The notes under the pieces: generated by a model
What the model was told of the DNA's origin: nothing
The model's database searches: none
What the model saw: only the letters and a program-made list of their open reading frames with translations
Assembly: GCA_048938005.1 (NCBI GenBank)
Contig: JBHLMQ010000004.1
Coordinates: 66,447 to 130,446 of the forward strand
Direction of reading: 5' to 3'
DNA from: Promethearchaeota archaeon
GTDB taxonomy: Archaea; Asgardarchaeota; Lokiarchaeia; Sigyniarchaeales; SOKP01
Length of the DNA stretch: 64,000 nt
Shown: piece by piece, positions 40,462 to 50,392 of the stretch
How the letters are laid out: each line of letters opens with the position of its first letter
Position numbering within the stretch: position 1 is the first letter of the stretch
Position numbers and translations under genes: made by a program

Positions 40462-41343
40462 CTATTTAGCAAGTTTCACAGAGTCTTCCTTTATTTCAAT
40501 AAAACCTTCCTTTTGTAGTTGATAAAGAATATTTTTTATTCGCATGTGGTCATTAACTTTAAAATGTTTTTGGATTTTCGATAACTCTATCGTTCCATTT
40601 TTAATTAGGATCTCAAGAAGCTCTCCTCTAATTTGTCTTGATGATCCTTCAAAAATCGGTTGTTTTCGATAATGAGCACTTCTTTTTCTTAATTCTGGAT
40701 GAATTTTTTTAAGCATTACACCATAATCCATTAGTGCGTAATACCATTTTCGAGGATCGTTTATATCAACAGTTTTTTTTACAATTGATATAATTTCTTT
40801 ATCATTAACCTTGCTCTTATTATTAAAAAAGAAGTAAATATATACTCTTCTTACATTTGTCTCAATAAAAACCATAGGTTTATTAAAAGCAAATGTTAAA
40901 ATTGAAGAGGCTGTATTATGACCAATTTGTGGAAATAACTTTAATTCTTCAATAGATTCTGGTAATTTGCCGTTATAGTCATTAATTACAATTTCTGCTA
41001 TTTTTTTTAACGCTATTGCCCTTCTATTGTATCCTAATCCTTTCCATTCCTTAAGAATTTGTTCAAGCGAAGCTTTAGATAATGATCGAAAATCAGGAAA
41101 TTTTTTTATAAATTTCAAAAACTTTTCCGAAACTCTACTCGTTTGAGTTTGTTGGAGCATAATTTCTGATACAAGAACATTATAGGGTGTAATATTTTCT
41201 CTAAAAGGAAATTTTCTTTTATGATTTTTATAATATTCATAAATTATTTTCTGAAATAATTTGATTACTTCAGGTATTAAACCTTTTTCTTTCAGAACTT
41301 TATGAAAATCAGTTATAAATAATTCTTCACTAATTTTGAACAC
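40462..41343 (-). CDS. MutY-like HhH-GPD adenine glycosylase (short form, no Fe-S cysteines)
   Basis: VSEIMLQQTQ, W.GLGY.RRA, ETNVRRV. Confidence 0.88.
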   Translation of the reverse strand: MFKISEELFITDFHKVLKEKGLIPEVIKLFQKIIYEYYKNHKRKFPFRENITPYNVLVSEIMLQQTQTSRVSEKFLKFIKKFPDFRSLSKASLEQILKEWKGLGYNRRAIALKKIAEIVINDYNGKLPESIEELKLFPQIGHNTASSILTFAFNKPMVFIETNVRRVYIYFFFNNKSKVNDKEIISIVKKTVDINDPRKWYYALMDYGVMLKKIHPELRKRSAHYRKQPIFEGSSRQIRGELLEILIKNGTIELSKIQKHFKVNDHMRIKNILYQLQKEGFIEIKEDSVKLAK

Positions 41344-41437
41344 ATAAAATGTATAATTACTAAGTAAGTAAGAATAAAAAGACTATAAAATTGAATTTAT
41401 GGTTTTTATAATATAATTTTTGCTTACTCTTTTATTA

Positions 41438-43354
41438 TTAGGAAAGATCAAATGCAAATATGGTGACCCCTCCCTCTATTCTCTTAAGTTTAAGTAAATA
41501 TCCTGAATTATTAATAATATGAAGCATTGGTTTGTTCTCAAGCAGGATTGAACCAGTAAATGTCCTATAATTAAGCTCTCTCCCGATTTGTACTAAATAA
41601 TTTAATAAAAACTTTGTTATTCCTAACCCTCTCCACTCTCTATGAACAACAAACGCTAATTCAGCAATAGAGGGTTGATGTGCTTTGAAAAAAGCCCCTA
41701 AAGCAATAACCTGGTCTTCTTTAGTTCCACTAAATTCCCCTACAAGGATCATATCTGTTGAATAATCAATATTAACCATTGGTTGGATTTTTTTATGCCG
41801 AAAATCTTTGACAGGAGTAAAAAATCTTAAATATCTATCTTCTTCATCTAAGGAATAATGAAGTTCTTGAATCATTCTTTCATCTGTAGGTTTAACAGGG
41901 CGTATTTTTATAGTTTTTCCATTTTTAAGTTTTAAGAGAGTTTCATACTTTTCTGGATAAATACTAATTCTCCCATCAATAGAAATGGGTAATTTTTGGT
42001 CTGAATACGCATACTTCCATTTTTTTGCTTGGTCTAGTAATTCTTCACGAAAATCTGGATGCGCAATATTAATCATTTCAAGGACTCTTTCTCTAATACT
42101 TTTCCCATAAAGATAAGCAATACCCCATTCAGTTACTACATAATGAATATCTCCTCTCGTTATTACTACACCCGACCCAGATTGAAGATAAGGAACGATT
42201 CTAGAAACTCTAGTTCCATCTTTTAATGTTGCAGTAGAAGCTAAGGTCATAATTGGCTTTCCGTCTATTGCTCTTCCAGCACCTCTAACAAAATCAACTT
42301 GACCTCCAATGCCGCTATAAAAGCGGTGGCCTAAGGAATCTGAATTCGCCTGTCCTGTTAAATCAACACTGAGAGCAGCATTTATAGCTACTTGTTTATT
42401 ATTTTGGCTAATTATAAAGGGATCATTTGTATAATCACAAGGATGGAATTCTACCATTGGATTGTCATCTACAAAATCATAAAGCCTTTTAGATCCCATT
42501 ACAAAAGAACAAATAATCTTATCTTTATGTAAAGTTTTTTTTTTACATGTTATTACTCCTTCTTCCACAAGATCTACTATCCCATCTGAGAATACCTCAC
42601 TATGAACTCCTAAATCCCGTTTTTCCATTAGTTCTCGTGTAACTGCATTTGGAATTTGACCTATTCCCATCTGAATTGTAGATTCATCCTCAATTAAAGA
42701 TGCAACAAATTTCGCTATTCTAGTAGAAACATCATCAGGCTCACCATAATAAAATTCGATAATGTCATGATCACTTAAAACAAAAGCATCAATATCATTC
42801 ATATGAATAAAAGAATCACCTAAAGTACGCGGCATTTTTGGATTAATTTCAGCTACCACATATTCAGCTGATTCTGCAATTGGTTTGACAATATCCACAT
42901 TAATCCCATAACTACAAAATCCATATCTGTCTGGGGGACTCACTTGAATTAATGCCGTATCTAAATGCATCTTTCCAGATTTGAATAACTTTGGAATTTC
43001 TGAAAGAAGCATTGGGGTATAATCTGCCTGCCCTCCCTCCACATATTTACGTAGTGATTTACCGATAAAAAATGCGTTATGCCTAAATAAATCTTCAATG
43101 CCACCAGCAGTTTCATAATAATCTAAATCACTAAGGCTAAGAAAATGTAAGATTTCAATATCAGGAAGTTTTAATCCGAGTTCAATTAATTTCTTGGTAA
43201 GATCAATAGGTTCTGAACAACCAGAATCAATAAAAATACGATTTCCTGGTTTGACAAATTTACTTATTGCTGTATCAAATGATACTTGCTTCTGATTATA
43301 TTCTTTCAATAAGTTTAACAAATTTTGATTAGAGTTAAATGGCATAAAAATCAC
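41438..43354 (-). CDS. Acetyl-CoA hydrolase/transferase fused to a GNAT domain
   Basis: QMGIG.IP, HSE, SGIGGQVDF; C-terminal IRP...RYLRFF GNAT. Confidence 0.92.
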   Translation of the reverse strand: MIFMPFNSNQNLLNLLKEYNQKQVSFDTAISKFVKPGNRIFIDSGCSEPIDLTKKLIELGLKLPDIEILHFLSLSDLDYYETAGGIEDLFRHNAFFIGKSLRKYVEGGQADYTPMLLSEIPKLFKSGKMHLDTALIQVSPPDRYGFCSYGINVDIVKPIAESAEYVVAEINPKMPRTLGDSFIHMNDIDAFVLSDHDIIEFYYGEPDDVSTRIAKFVASLIEDESTIQMGIGQIPNAVTRELMEKRDLGVHSEVFSDGIVDLVEEGVITCKKKTLHKDKIICSFVMGSKRLYDFVDDNPMVEFHPCDYTNDPFIISQNNKQVAINAALSVDLTGQANSDSLGHRFYSGIGGQVDFVRGAGRAIDGKPIMTLASTATLKDGTRVSRIVPYLQSGSGVVITRGDIHYVVTEWGIAYLYGKSIRERVLEMINIAHPDFREELLDQAKKWKYAYSDQKLPISIDGRISIYPEKYETLLKLKNGKTIKIRPVKPTDERMIQELHYSLDEEDRYLRFFTPVKDFRHKKIQPMVNIDYSTDMILVGEFSGTKEDQVIALGAFFKAHQPSIAELAFVVHREWRGLGITKFLLNYLVQIGRELNYRTFTGSILLENKPMLHIINNSGYLLKLKRIEGGVTIFAFDLS

Positions 43355-43511
43355 ACATAATACATCATAAATACATTTAATTTAGTACTTACATGATTTT
43401 AAATATAATTATGAATGAAATTTACTAATTCCTGTTAAATAAACAATAATAAATATTTGATTTCTTTCTAGAACTTATATTCTCATAAAAATCGATCTTC
43501 TTAGATTACAC

Positions 43512-43850
43512 ATGGTAAAAGATAAAGTTGATATTGAAGATTTAGAAGCTTTCATTAATGGTTTAAAGGATTCTTTTGATACATTAGAAGGTCTTGATCC
43601 TACAAAATCAAGAGGATTCCAAGCACAATTAGCAAAGGCAATATCAGATTTAAGGTTAAAAAGAGCAGCGAAAATTGAACCTCTTCCAAAACATATTGGC
43701 CATTTTACAAAAGAAGATCTTAAAAATTATTTATTAAAGGAATTAGAATCTTTACAAAATCTTTTAGATTCTTCTGACTATAATCGCAGAAGAAAATTTG
43801 ATCTAGTAATGAAAATTACTAAATTAAGAGAGCAAGTAAATAATATGTGA
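43512..43850 (+). CDS. Hypothetical protein
   Basis: 112-aa helical ORF. Confidence 0.65.
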   Translation: MVKDKVDIEDLEAFINGLKDSFDTLEGLDPTKSRGFQAQLAKAISDLRLKRAAKIEPLPKHIGHFTKEDLKNYLLKELESLQNLLDSSDYNRRRKFDLVMKITKLREQVNNM

Positions 43851-44653
43851 ACACTTCATTTTTTTTAAATCTTAAAAGAAATCTAGAGGTTTTGAAGACG
43901 TTAATAGATATCCATTGCCACGCTAATCTTTATTTAGTTATTGATGAAATCATTAAAGAAGCAAAAAAAGTAGGCGTCGAGAAGATAATCTCAGTTGGGA
44001 TGAGTATTCTTAGTTTAGAAAGGATATTAGAAATTTCTGGCAATTATAGTATAATATATCCTGCATTAGGTATCCATCCAGAAGAAATCAAGATGAATAA
44101 AAATGTTGAAAAACAATTAAATTCAGCAGTTAATTTAATTAGAAATAACAAAGAAAAGATTTGTGCTATTGGAGAGATCGGATTAGATCACCATTTTATC
44201 AAAGAGCAGGAATTATACCCACTTCAAAAAAAAGTATTTGAAAAAATGCTTTCATTAGCACAAGAATTAGAATTACCTGTTAATTTACATACAAAGGGAG
44301 CAGAGAAAGAAGTTTTTGATGTTCTTCCCTCTTATAAAATCCCCTACGTGAATATTCATTGGTATTCTGGACCTGAAGAATTTTTGAATGCTGGAATTGA
44401 TAGAGGATATTATTTCTCAATTAATCCAGCAATTAGTTATTCTCCAGCAGTTAAGAAGACTGTTTCAAAAGTTAATAAAGAATTTATTTTACTTGAAAGC
44501 GATGGTCCTGTTAAATACTCGGGAAAAATTGGTACTCCTGCAATGATTAGAGATGTGTTAAATACAATCTCTAAAATAAAAAAAATTGATACTAAAGAAT
44601 TAGAAAAACAAATAGAAAATAATACTAAATTAGTTTTCCCAAAAATCTTTTAA
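43847..44653 (+). CDS. tatD: TatD family hydrolase
   Basis: DIHCH, GIHP, GEIGLD, LH, HW, ESDGP; true start probably a downstream TTG. Confidence 0.93.
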   Translation: MNTSFFLNLKRNLEVLKTLIDIHCHANLYLVIDEIIKEAKKVGVEKIISVGMSILSLERILEISGNYSIIYPALGIHPEEIKMNKNVEKQLNSAVNLIRNNKEKICAIGEIGLDHHFIKEQELYPLQKKVFEKMLSLAQELELPVNLHTKGAEKEVFDVLPSYKIPYVNIHWYSGPEEFLNAGIDRGYYFSINPAISYSPAVKKTVSKVNKEFILLESDGPVKYSGKIGTPAMIRDVLNTISKIKKIDTKELEKQIENNTKLVFPKIF

Positions 44654-44752
44654 GAAATAATAATAAAGTTCAATTCAATCAATTATTAAGATTCCAACAT
44701 CAAAAATATGGTAATAAAAGTTATTTTATTTCTTTTCTAATTTTATATTTAA

Positions 44753-45628
44753 CTAATTAAGTTTGTCAGCGATAATAAATACATGATGTTCTGGTACAGC
44801 GGGTTCATCAATTCCAACATATTTAGTTTCAATCACATCAAATCCATATGATTTCAGGAGTTTTTCCCAATCTTCTATTTTAAGAAAATTAAGAGGTACA
44901 TTGATATCTTCGTTCCCAATTACTCGATTATAGAACCAATCAACAAAGCTATTAGTAATCCTAATATAATCTTTCTCAATATAAGCTTCTTTGATCAACA
45001 AGCGTTGTTTAGTTACTCTTGTTGCTTCTTCCAATAGATGTTCTGGGTCACTCGCATGATGTAACACAGTATATAGAATGGTAGTGTCTACTTCCTCATC
45101 TGCTAGTTGTATCTTACCTTCTGGTTTATATAATAATAGTGGAAGGTCTGTATAATTATAATCTACAACATCAACTAATACTACTTCTTTATTAAGCTGT
45201 TCCTTTATTTCTAATGCTAAAAGGCCATTTCCTGCACCTAGATCAAGAATTTTATTACCTACGATATAGTCTTTTATATAATCAAATCTTATTTTTGTAT
45301 TTTTCAATTCGGTAGCCTTTATATCTTTATCAGTATCAACATGGTTCCTAATAAAATTTCTCAGTGTTTTTTCAACTTCAATAAGAGGTAATCCTTTTTT
45401 CAAACCCTTTGAAATAGTTCTATTTACATATAACCAAAAAACATTTCTTTTAAAAGAATTCACTTTAACACTTTTCATAGCAGAAAATAATAAAGATCGG
45501 ATTTCATTCAAATATCGTCTATTTTCTTCATCTTTTTTAGTAAATATAGGATATATGATGCTTTCCACTATATCAATATCATTTTGATTAGCAGGTTTGT
45601 AAAATTTAATTCTTTCTTCTTGAATCAT
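44753..45628 (-). CDS. Class I SAM-dependent methyltransferase
   Basis: ILDLGAGNG, VLHH...LLEEA.RV. Confidence 0.88.
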   Translation of the reverse strand: MIQEERIKFYKPANQNDIDIVESIIYPIFTKKDEENRRYLNEIRSLLFSAMKSVKVNSFKRNVFWLYVNRTISKGLKKGLPLIEVEKTLRNFIRNHVDTDKDIKATELKNTKIRFDYIKDYIVGNKILDLGAGNGLLALEIKEQLNKEVVLVDVVDYNYTDLPLLLYKPEGKIQLADEEVDTTILYTVLHHASDPEHLLEEATRVTKQRLLIKEAYIEKDYIRITNSFVDWFYNRVIGNEDINVPLNFLKIEDWEKLLKSYGFDVIETKYVGIDEPAVPEHHVFIIADKLN

Positions 45629-45657
45629 TTACTTTTCACATTCATAAAATTTTTAAG

Positions 45658-45704
45658 TAAGTGAGTATTTACTCACTTATAAATTTAATGAGTAATTACT
45701 CATT
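45658..45704. promoter_or_regulatory. Two palindromic operators, likely TetR binding sites
   Basis: TAAGTGAGTA-TT-TACTCACTTA (45658-79) and AATGAGTAATTACTCATT (45687-704) between divergent methyltransferase and TetR genes. Confidence 0.8.
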
Positions 45705-45717
45705 TATTATTTTTATA

Positions 45718-46332
45718 ATGTCAAGCAAAAAATTTTCTCGAAATAAACAAGAAAAAATAGAATTAATTTATAAAACATTTTTTAATCTAATATTAAAAAG
45801 GGGATATCATAAGACAAGCACAAATCATGTTGCAAAATCAGCTAAGATCAGTATAGGTACGATTTACAAATATTTTCCAAAAGGGAAAGAAGATATTATA
45901 AGAAAATATTTTGAGGAATCAATGAAAGATTTTTTCAATCGAATAAACTTGATAAATATAAATAACGAAAATATTAGAGAATTTCTAAAACATTTTATTT
46001 TAGAATTATTTAAGAATCACGTTGAAAATAAAGGATATATTTTAGCTTTTAGATCTGCTATACAGTCAGATAAAAGACTGCTTGATTTACACATTGAGAG
46101 AATTTTTATTTTTTTCCAAGATACGGCGCAAAAATTAAGGAAGACAAACGAAAACTTTAATCAAATTCCCGAAGAAAGATTGATTGAAATATTTATCTTT
46201 ATTTATAATCTTATCAATGCAATTTTATATCATCATTTATTTCTAATGAAATTATTTGATACAGATGACAAATTAGTTGATTATTTATCGAATTTATTAG
46301 TTTTCTCATTGAAATATTTACTTACAATTTAA
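45718..46332 (+). CDS. TetR/AcrR family regulator
   Basis: GYHKTSTNHVAKSAKISIGTIYKYF HTH; start moved downstream of the operators. Confidence 0.92.
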   Translation: MSSKKFSRNKQEKIELIYKTFFNLILKRGYHKTSTNHVAKSAKISIGTIYKYFPKGKEDIIRKYFEESMKDFFNRINLININNENIREFLKHFILELFKNHVENKGYILAFRSAIQSDKRLLDLHIERIFIFFQDTAQKLRKTNENFNQIPEERLIEIFIFIYNLINAILYHHLFLMKLFDTDDKLVDYLSNLLVFSLKYLLTI

Positions 46333-46422
46333 AGATAAATTAGAAAATATATTCTATGATTTTTCTTCTCTTTTCATTATTTTAATAATTTCTTAGTTTA
46401 GATCTCCCGATAGGGATAAAAT

Positions 46423-47475
46423 TTATTTGCCTTTAATAGTTTTTTCTATTCCTTCCCATAAACCTGATAAATAAATTGAACCAAGAGCTCGATCATATAA
46501 TCCATATCCTGGTTTTCCATGCTCTCCCCAAATCATTCTACCATGGTCAGGGCGGATTGCTCCCGTAAATCCTACTTCAATGAAAGCTTTTATGACTTCA
46601 TACATGTTAACATCACCGAATTCAGTAGGATGTTCAACTTCATAAAAACTATATTCACCAGTGCGTTTGATGTTACGACAGTGAGCGAATGGAATGCGAT
46701 CCATAGCCCCATACTTTCGAATACTTTTAACTAAATCTACTTTTGGATTAGCACTAAGAGTTCCTGTACAAAAAGTTATTCCATTTGATGGGCTGTCAAT
46801 TAACTTTACAAAGCGATCCAATGCTGCCTCTTCGGTAATTATGCGTGGTAAATTAAATATAGACCATGGAGGATCATCAGGATGAATTCCCATTTTTACA
46901 CCACATTCTTCTGCAACTGGAATAACTCTTTTTAAAAAATATTCTAAATTTGACCATAATGTTTCTTCATTTATTTTAGAGTAAGCATCTAAAAGCTTTT
47001 CTAATTCTTTTTTGGTATATTGGGTTGCCCAACCAGGAAGCTCTAATGATTCTTTCCCTAGATCAATATTCTTTACCTGTTTATGATTGTAACTAAGGAC
47101 ATTTGATCCATCTGGAGATTTCATAGCAAGATCAGAGCGCATCCAATCAAATACAGGCATAAAATTATAACATATTATTTTTATTCCAAGCGAACCTATA
47201 TTTCGGATGCTTTGACTATACTTGTCTATAAACTCATCACGAGTTGAACTTCCAAGCTTTATATCTTCGTGAACAGGTAAACTTTCGATTACAGAAAATT
47301 TCAATCCTACAGCTTCAATCTTCTTTTTTACCAAATTTAATTTTTCAATAGGCCATATTTCACCTATTTGTACATCATATAAAGCAGAAACAATCCCGGC
47401 TACTCTCGGGATCTGTTTTATATACGCAAGTGGTATTGGATCATCATCTCCATACCATCTAAATGTCATTTCCAT
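46423..47475 (-). CDS. uxuA: Mannonate dehydratase
   Basis: MTFRWYG, CYNFMPVFDW.R, HPDDPP, RPDHGR, GYGLYDRALG. Confidence 0.96.
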   Translation of the reverse strand: MEMTFRWYGDDDPIPLAYIKQIPRVAGIVSALYDVQIGEIWPIEKLNLVKKKIEAVGLKFSVIESLPVHEDIKLGSSTRDEFIDKYSQSIRNIGSLGIKIICYNFMPVFDWMRSDLAMKSPDGSNVLSYNHKQVKNIDLGKESLELPGWATQYTKKELEKLLDAYSKINEETLWSNLEYFLKRVIPVAEECGVKMGIHPDDPPWSIFNLPRIITEEAALDRFVKLIDSPSNGITFCTGTLSANPKVDLVKSIRKYGAMDRIPFAHCRNIKRTGEYSFYEVEHPTEFGDVNMYEVIKAFIEVGFTGAIRPDHGRMIWGEHGKPGYGLYDRALGSIYLSGLWEGIEKTIKGK

Positions 47476-47527
47476 TTTTCTTCACCTAAATGTAAGATTT
47501 ATGGGAATAATATTTTTTTTTTAATAA

Positions 47528-48409
47528 TTAGACTCCAGAATAAGCTGAAAAACCTCCATCAACAGGGATTACCACACCGTTAACAAAGCTAGATGCTTTT
47601 TCATCTATTAGCCATAAAAGTGTGCCTAACAATTCTTCAGGCTCACCAAACCGCCCCATTGGAGTATGATTGAGAATTTTTTCTGCTCGAGTATTAAATG
47701 AACCATCGTCATTGGTTAAAAGTGAACGATTTTGTTCCGTTAAAAAGAATCCCGGTGCGATTGCGTTAACTCGAATATTAACTTTAGACATATGTACCGC
47801 TAACCATTGAGTGAAATTACTAACGGCTGCTTTTGCTCCACTGTAAGCTGGTATTTTTGTTAAAGGACGATAAGCATTCATTGAAGAAATATTAATAATT
47901 ACTGCACCCTGTACATTTACCATTTTTTTAGTAAATACTTGAGTTGATAAAAATGTTCCAATAAAATTCAAATTGAATATAAATTCAATACTTTCCCTTT
48001 CTAAATCAAAAAAAGTAAAAACCCCATCATTTTTACTTATTAAATCTTCTTTCATCAGATATTCTTTTGATGTCGTCCCGTTTGGATGATTCCCACCAGC
48101 ACCATTTATTAATATACTCCATGAACCAAATCCATCTGAAATAACCTTTTCAGCTTTCTGTAAACTTTCTAGATCTAAAACATCAGCTCTAATTGCTATA
48201 GCAATTCCTCCGTTTGCTTTGATCTTTTCTGCCACTTTCTCAGCTGCTTTTTTATTTAGATCAATAATAGCGACTTTAGCACCACATTTTGCTAAAGCTT
48301 CTGAAAAACATCCACAAATTACTCCACCACCACCAGTTATTACAGCAACTTTATCTTTTAAATTAATCTTCAATGGTATTTTCATATTATTCTCACTAAT
48401 TTTTATCAA
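47528..48409 (-). CDS. uxuB: SDR family D-mannonate oxidoreductase
   Basis: TGGGG, NGAGGNHP, PLTKIPAYSGAK; adjacent to uxuA. Confidence 0.88.
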   Translation of the reverse strand: MIKISENNMKIPLKINLKDKVAVITGGGGVICGCFSEALAKCGAKVAIIDLNKKAAEKVAEKIKANGGIAIAIRADVLDLESLQKAEKVISDGFGSWSILINGAGGNHPNGTTSKEYLMKEDLISKNDGVFTFFDLERESIEFIFNLNFIGTFLSTQVFTKKMVNVQGAVIINISSMNAYRPLTKIPAYSGAKAAVSNFTQWLAVHMSKVNIRVNAIAPGFFLTEQNRSLLTNDDGSFNTRAEKILNHTPMGRFGEPEELLGTLLWLIDEKASSFVNGVVIPVDGGFSAYSGV

Positions 48410-48474
48410 AATTTAAATCTTTTAAAGAAAAGAGTAAAATAATGTATCTTAAGAAAATATTATATATTCAAATA

Positions 48475-49479
48475 TTAGTCTTTTTCCATTAAGTTAATAA
48501 TTTCTTCCGGAAGTTCTCCTTTATTCTTCATGCGACTTAGCATATCTTTTACTTCACGGATCGTATTTCCATATATATGGAGAGAATTACTAAAATCTAA
48601 ATAATGACCAATTTCAACATCTAATTGCTCAGCAACATATTTTTGAATTCTAATCATACCATTTACATTAGCTTCCCATGCTCTGAAGAGATCTCTGCTT
48701 CTCCAAGTAGTTTGCATTATTAATTTGGTATCCTTTATTCGCATATAAATTCTCTGAAGACATGGAGGATCAATATGAAATGGATCTGCTAGTGGTCTCC
48801 AAGTTATTGCTTGTGCTCTGCGTGAATATGGTTTCTCTCTTAATTTCTGTACAATATAATTCATTTGATTAATTCTTGGAAAGTCAATAACTCCAATAGG
48901 AATCTGTTCATTTCCGATTTGTTCTGAGATTTTTTTATCCAAATCAATTTCAACACCATTTTTCAATTTCCAGATAGTAGCATCATGAGTACTTTTTACT
49001 TTTTCAGCTTTCAATAACTTTTGATGACTTTTTACATACTCATTATTCACAATTTTTAAATTATAATTTTTATGAATGGTATCTTCAAGAGAGAATGGAG
49101 CGTAATTGAAAATTCTATCATGATAAGAGTATGGGAAACTCACACCCGATTTATATATCAAATCATCATTTATACCATCTATAATTTCTTCAATATAACC
49201 ACTCTGAATAGAACCGATTAAGTAGGTATCTGCCATACTACCATATACTTCATAAGAATTACCATATTTTGATCTAATTTTCATAAGCTTATTGTTTCGC
49301 CTGATAGGGTCGCTAAAAGGTTCGGTTATCTCAACTAACACTGTTGCATCTTTAGAAGGGGGATCCTCCAGTTTGTCATATTCTGTTTTTATCTCATCAC
49401 CGTTATAAAGTACTTGTCCAACAGCAGAGAGCCAAGCATCTCTAACATTTTTTTTTGAAATAAAGAAAACTTTTGCCAT
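48475..49479 (-). CDS. thyA: Archaeal-type thymidylate synthase
   Basis: YSYHDR, SRRAQAITW, PPCLQ, WRSRD, SLHIY. Confidence 0.85.
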   Translation of the reverse strand: MAKVFFISKKNVRDAWLSAVGQVLYNGDEIKTEYDKLEDPPSKDATVLVEITEPFSDPIRRNNKLMKIRSKYGNSYEVYGSMADTYLIGSIQSGYIEEIIDGINDDLIYKSGVSFPYSYHDRIFNYAPFSLEDTIHKNYNLKIVNNEYVKSHQKLLKAEKVKSTHDATIWKLKNGVEIDLDKKISEQIGNEQIPIGVIDFPRINQMNYIVQKLREKPYSRRAQAITWRPLADPFHIDPPCLQRIYMRIKDTKLIMQTTWRSRDLFRAWEANVNGMIRIQKYVAEQLDVEIGHYLDFSNSLHIYGNTIREVKDMLSRMKNKGELPEEIINLMEKD

Positions 49480-49764
49480 TTCTGAACGTTCTAATAAATT
49501 ATTTTAAACTCATATTGATATAGAGATTCTTTCTTTACAAATATTAGTATTTATCTGTTAAATATTTAATAAACCTTAATCGAATTTTGTAAAAATTCAA
49601 TTTAAATTTATTTAATTAGTTTTTTTGACGAAGTACAATCCAAATATTTATAAAACCTAAATTTACATTATTTTATTATAAGAATATATTAATTATCTTT
49701 CAAAATTCATTCAAAAATATAAATAATAGGAGTATAAGAATTATATAATTTTAAAGGTGATATT

Positions 49765-49938
49765 ATGGGTGGTTTCGGCAAAAAATTAAAGAAAGGATTT
49801 GCTAAAGTGGCTGGTGGCTTTGTAGAGGATATCACAGGTTCAGAAGCAGCAGGTAAAGGTGTGAAAAAAGCAGTAAAAAAAGGTAGCGTTAAAAAAGGCG
49901 TTAAGAAAGCATTTAAAGAAGCCACTGAAGATGATTAG
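49765..49938 (+). CDS. 57-aa Lys/Gly/Ala-rich peptide (not in ORF track)
   Basis: GGTGA SD then ATG; MGGFGKKLKKGFAKVAGGFVEDITGSEAAGKGVKKAVKKGSVKKGVKKAFKEATEDD; T-rich tract downstream. Confidence 0.75.
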   Translation: MGGFGKKLKKGFAKVAGGFVEDITGSEAAGKGVKKAVKKGSVKKGVKKAFKEATEDD

Positions 49939-50058
49939 ATATAATTTAAAATTTTAATACATCTTTAAATTCTTTTTATTTTTTATTAACATTAAATTTT
50001 TAATAATTTGTTTCCTTTAAATTCTTAAGTTAATTGAGCTGAAGGGTTTGCTTGAAAT

Positions 50059-50349
50059 ATGAAACTGAATCTTGAATTTTCTCCCCCTTTTAACGAAGTA
50101 ACTAAAAATCTGTTTGAAACACTTGAATTCGAAAAAGAATTAACATTAAAAGAACTAATAAATTTCTTTGGAAAAAAATATGGAGATTCGTTTAGCAATT
50201 TAGTATGGGAAAATGGAAAGGAGGGGGAATTCAACAAACTTCTTTCTATAATTATTAATGGACGGAGTTATCGAGATGATAATTTTCTAGAAACCGAACT
50301 GAAGGATGGAGACCAAATTGTTTTTATTTACATCTATTTTGGTGGATAA
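50059..50349 (+). CDS. MoaD/ThiS/SAMP ubiquitin-like protein
   Basis: IIING, LKDGD, C-terminal GG. Confidence 0.88.
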   Translation: MKLNLEFSPPFNEVTKNLFETLEFEKELTLKELINFFGKKYGDSFSNLVWENGKEGEFNKLLSIIINGRSYRDDNFLETELKDGDQIVFIYIYFGG

Positions 50350-50392
50350 GATCTATTAATTTTTCATGATTCATTCTAAGCATTTTATTCCT

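Noticed and set aside
49707-49925. 72-aa minus-strand ORF
   Set aside because: Shadow of the SD-preceded 57-aa plus-strand gene
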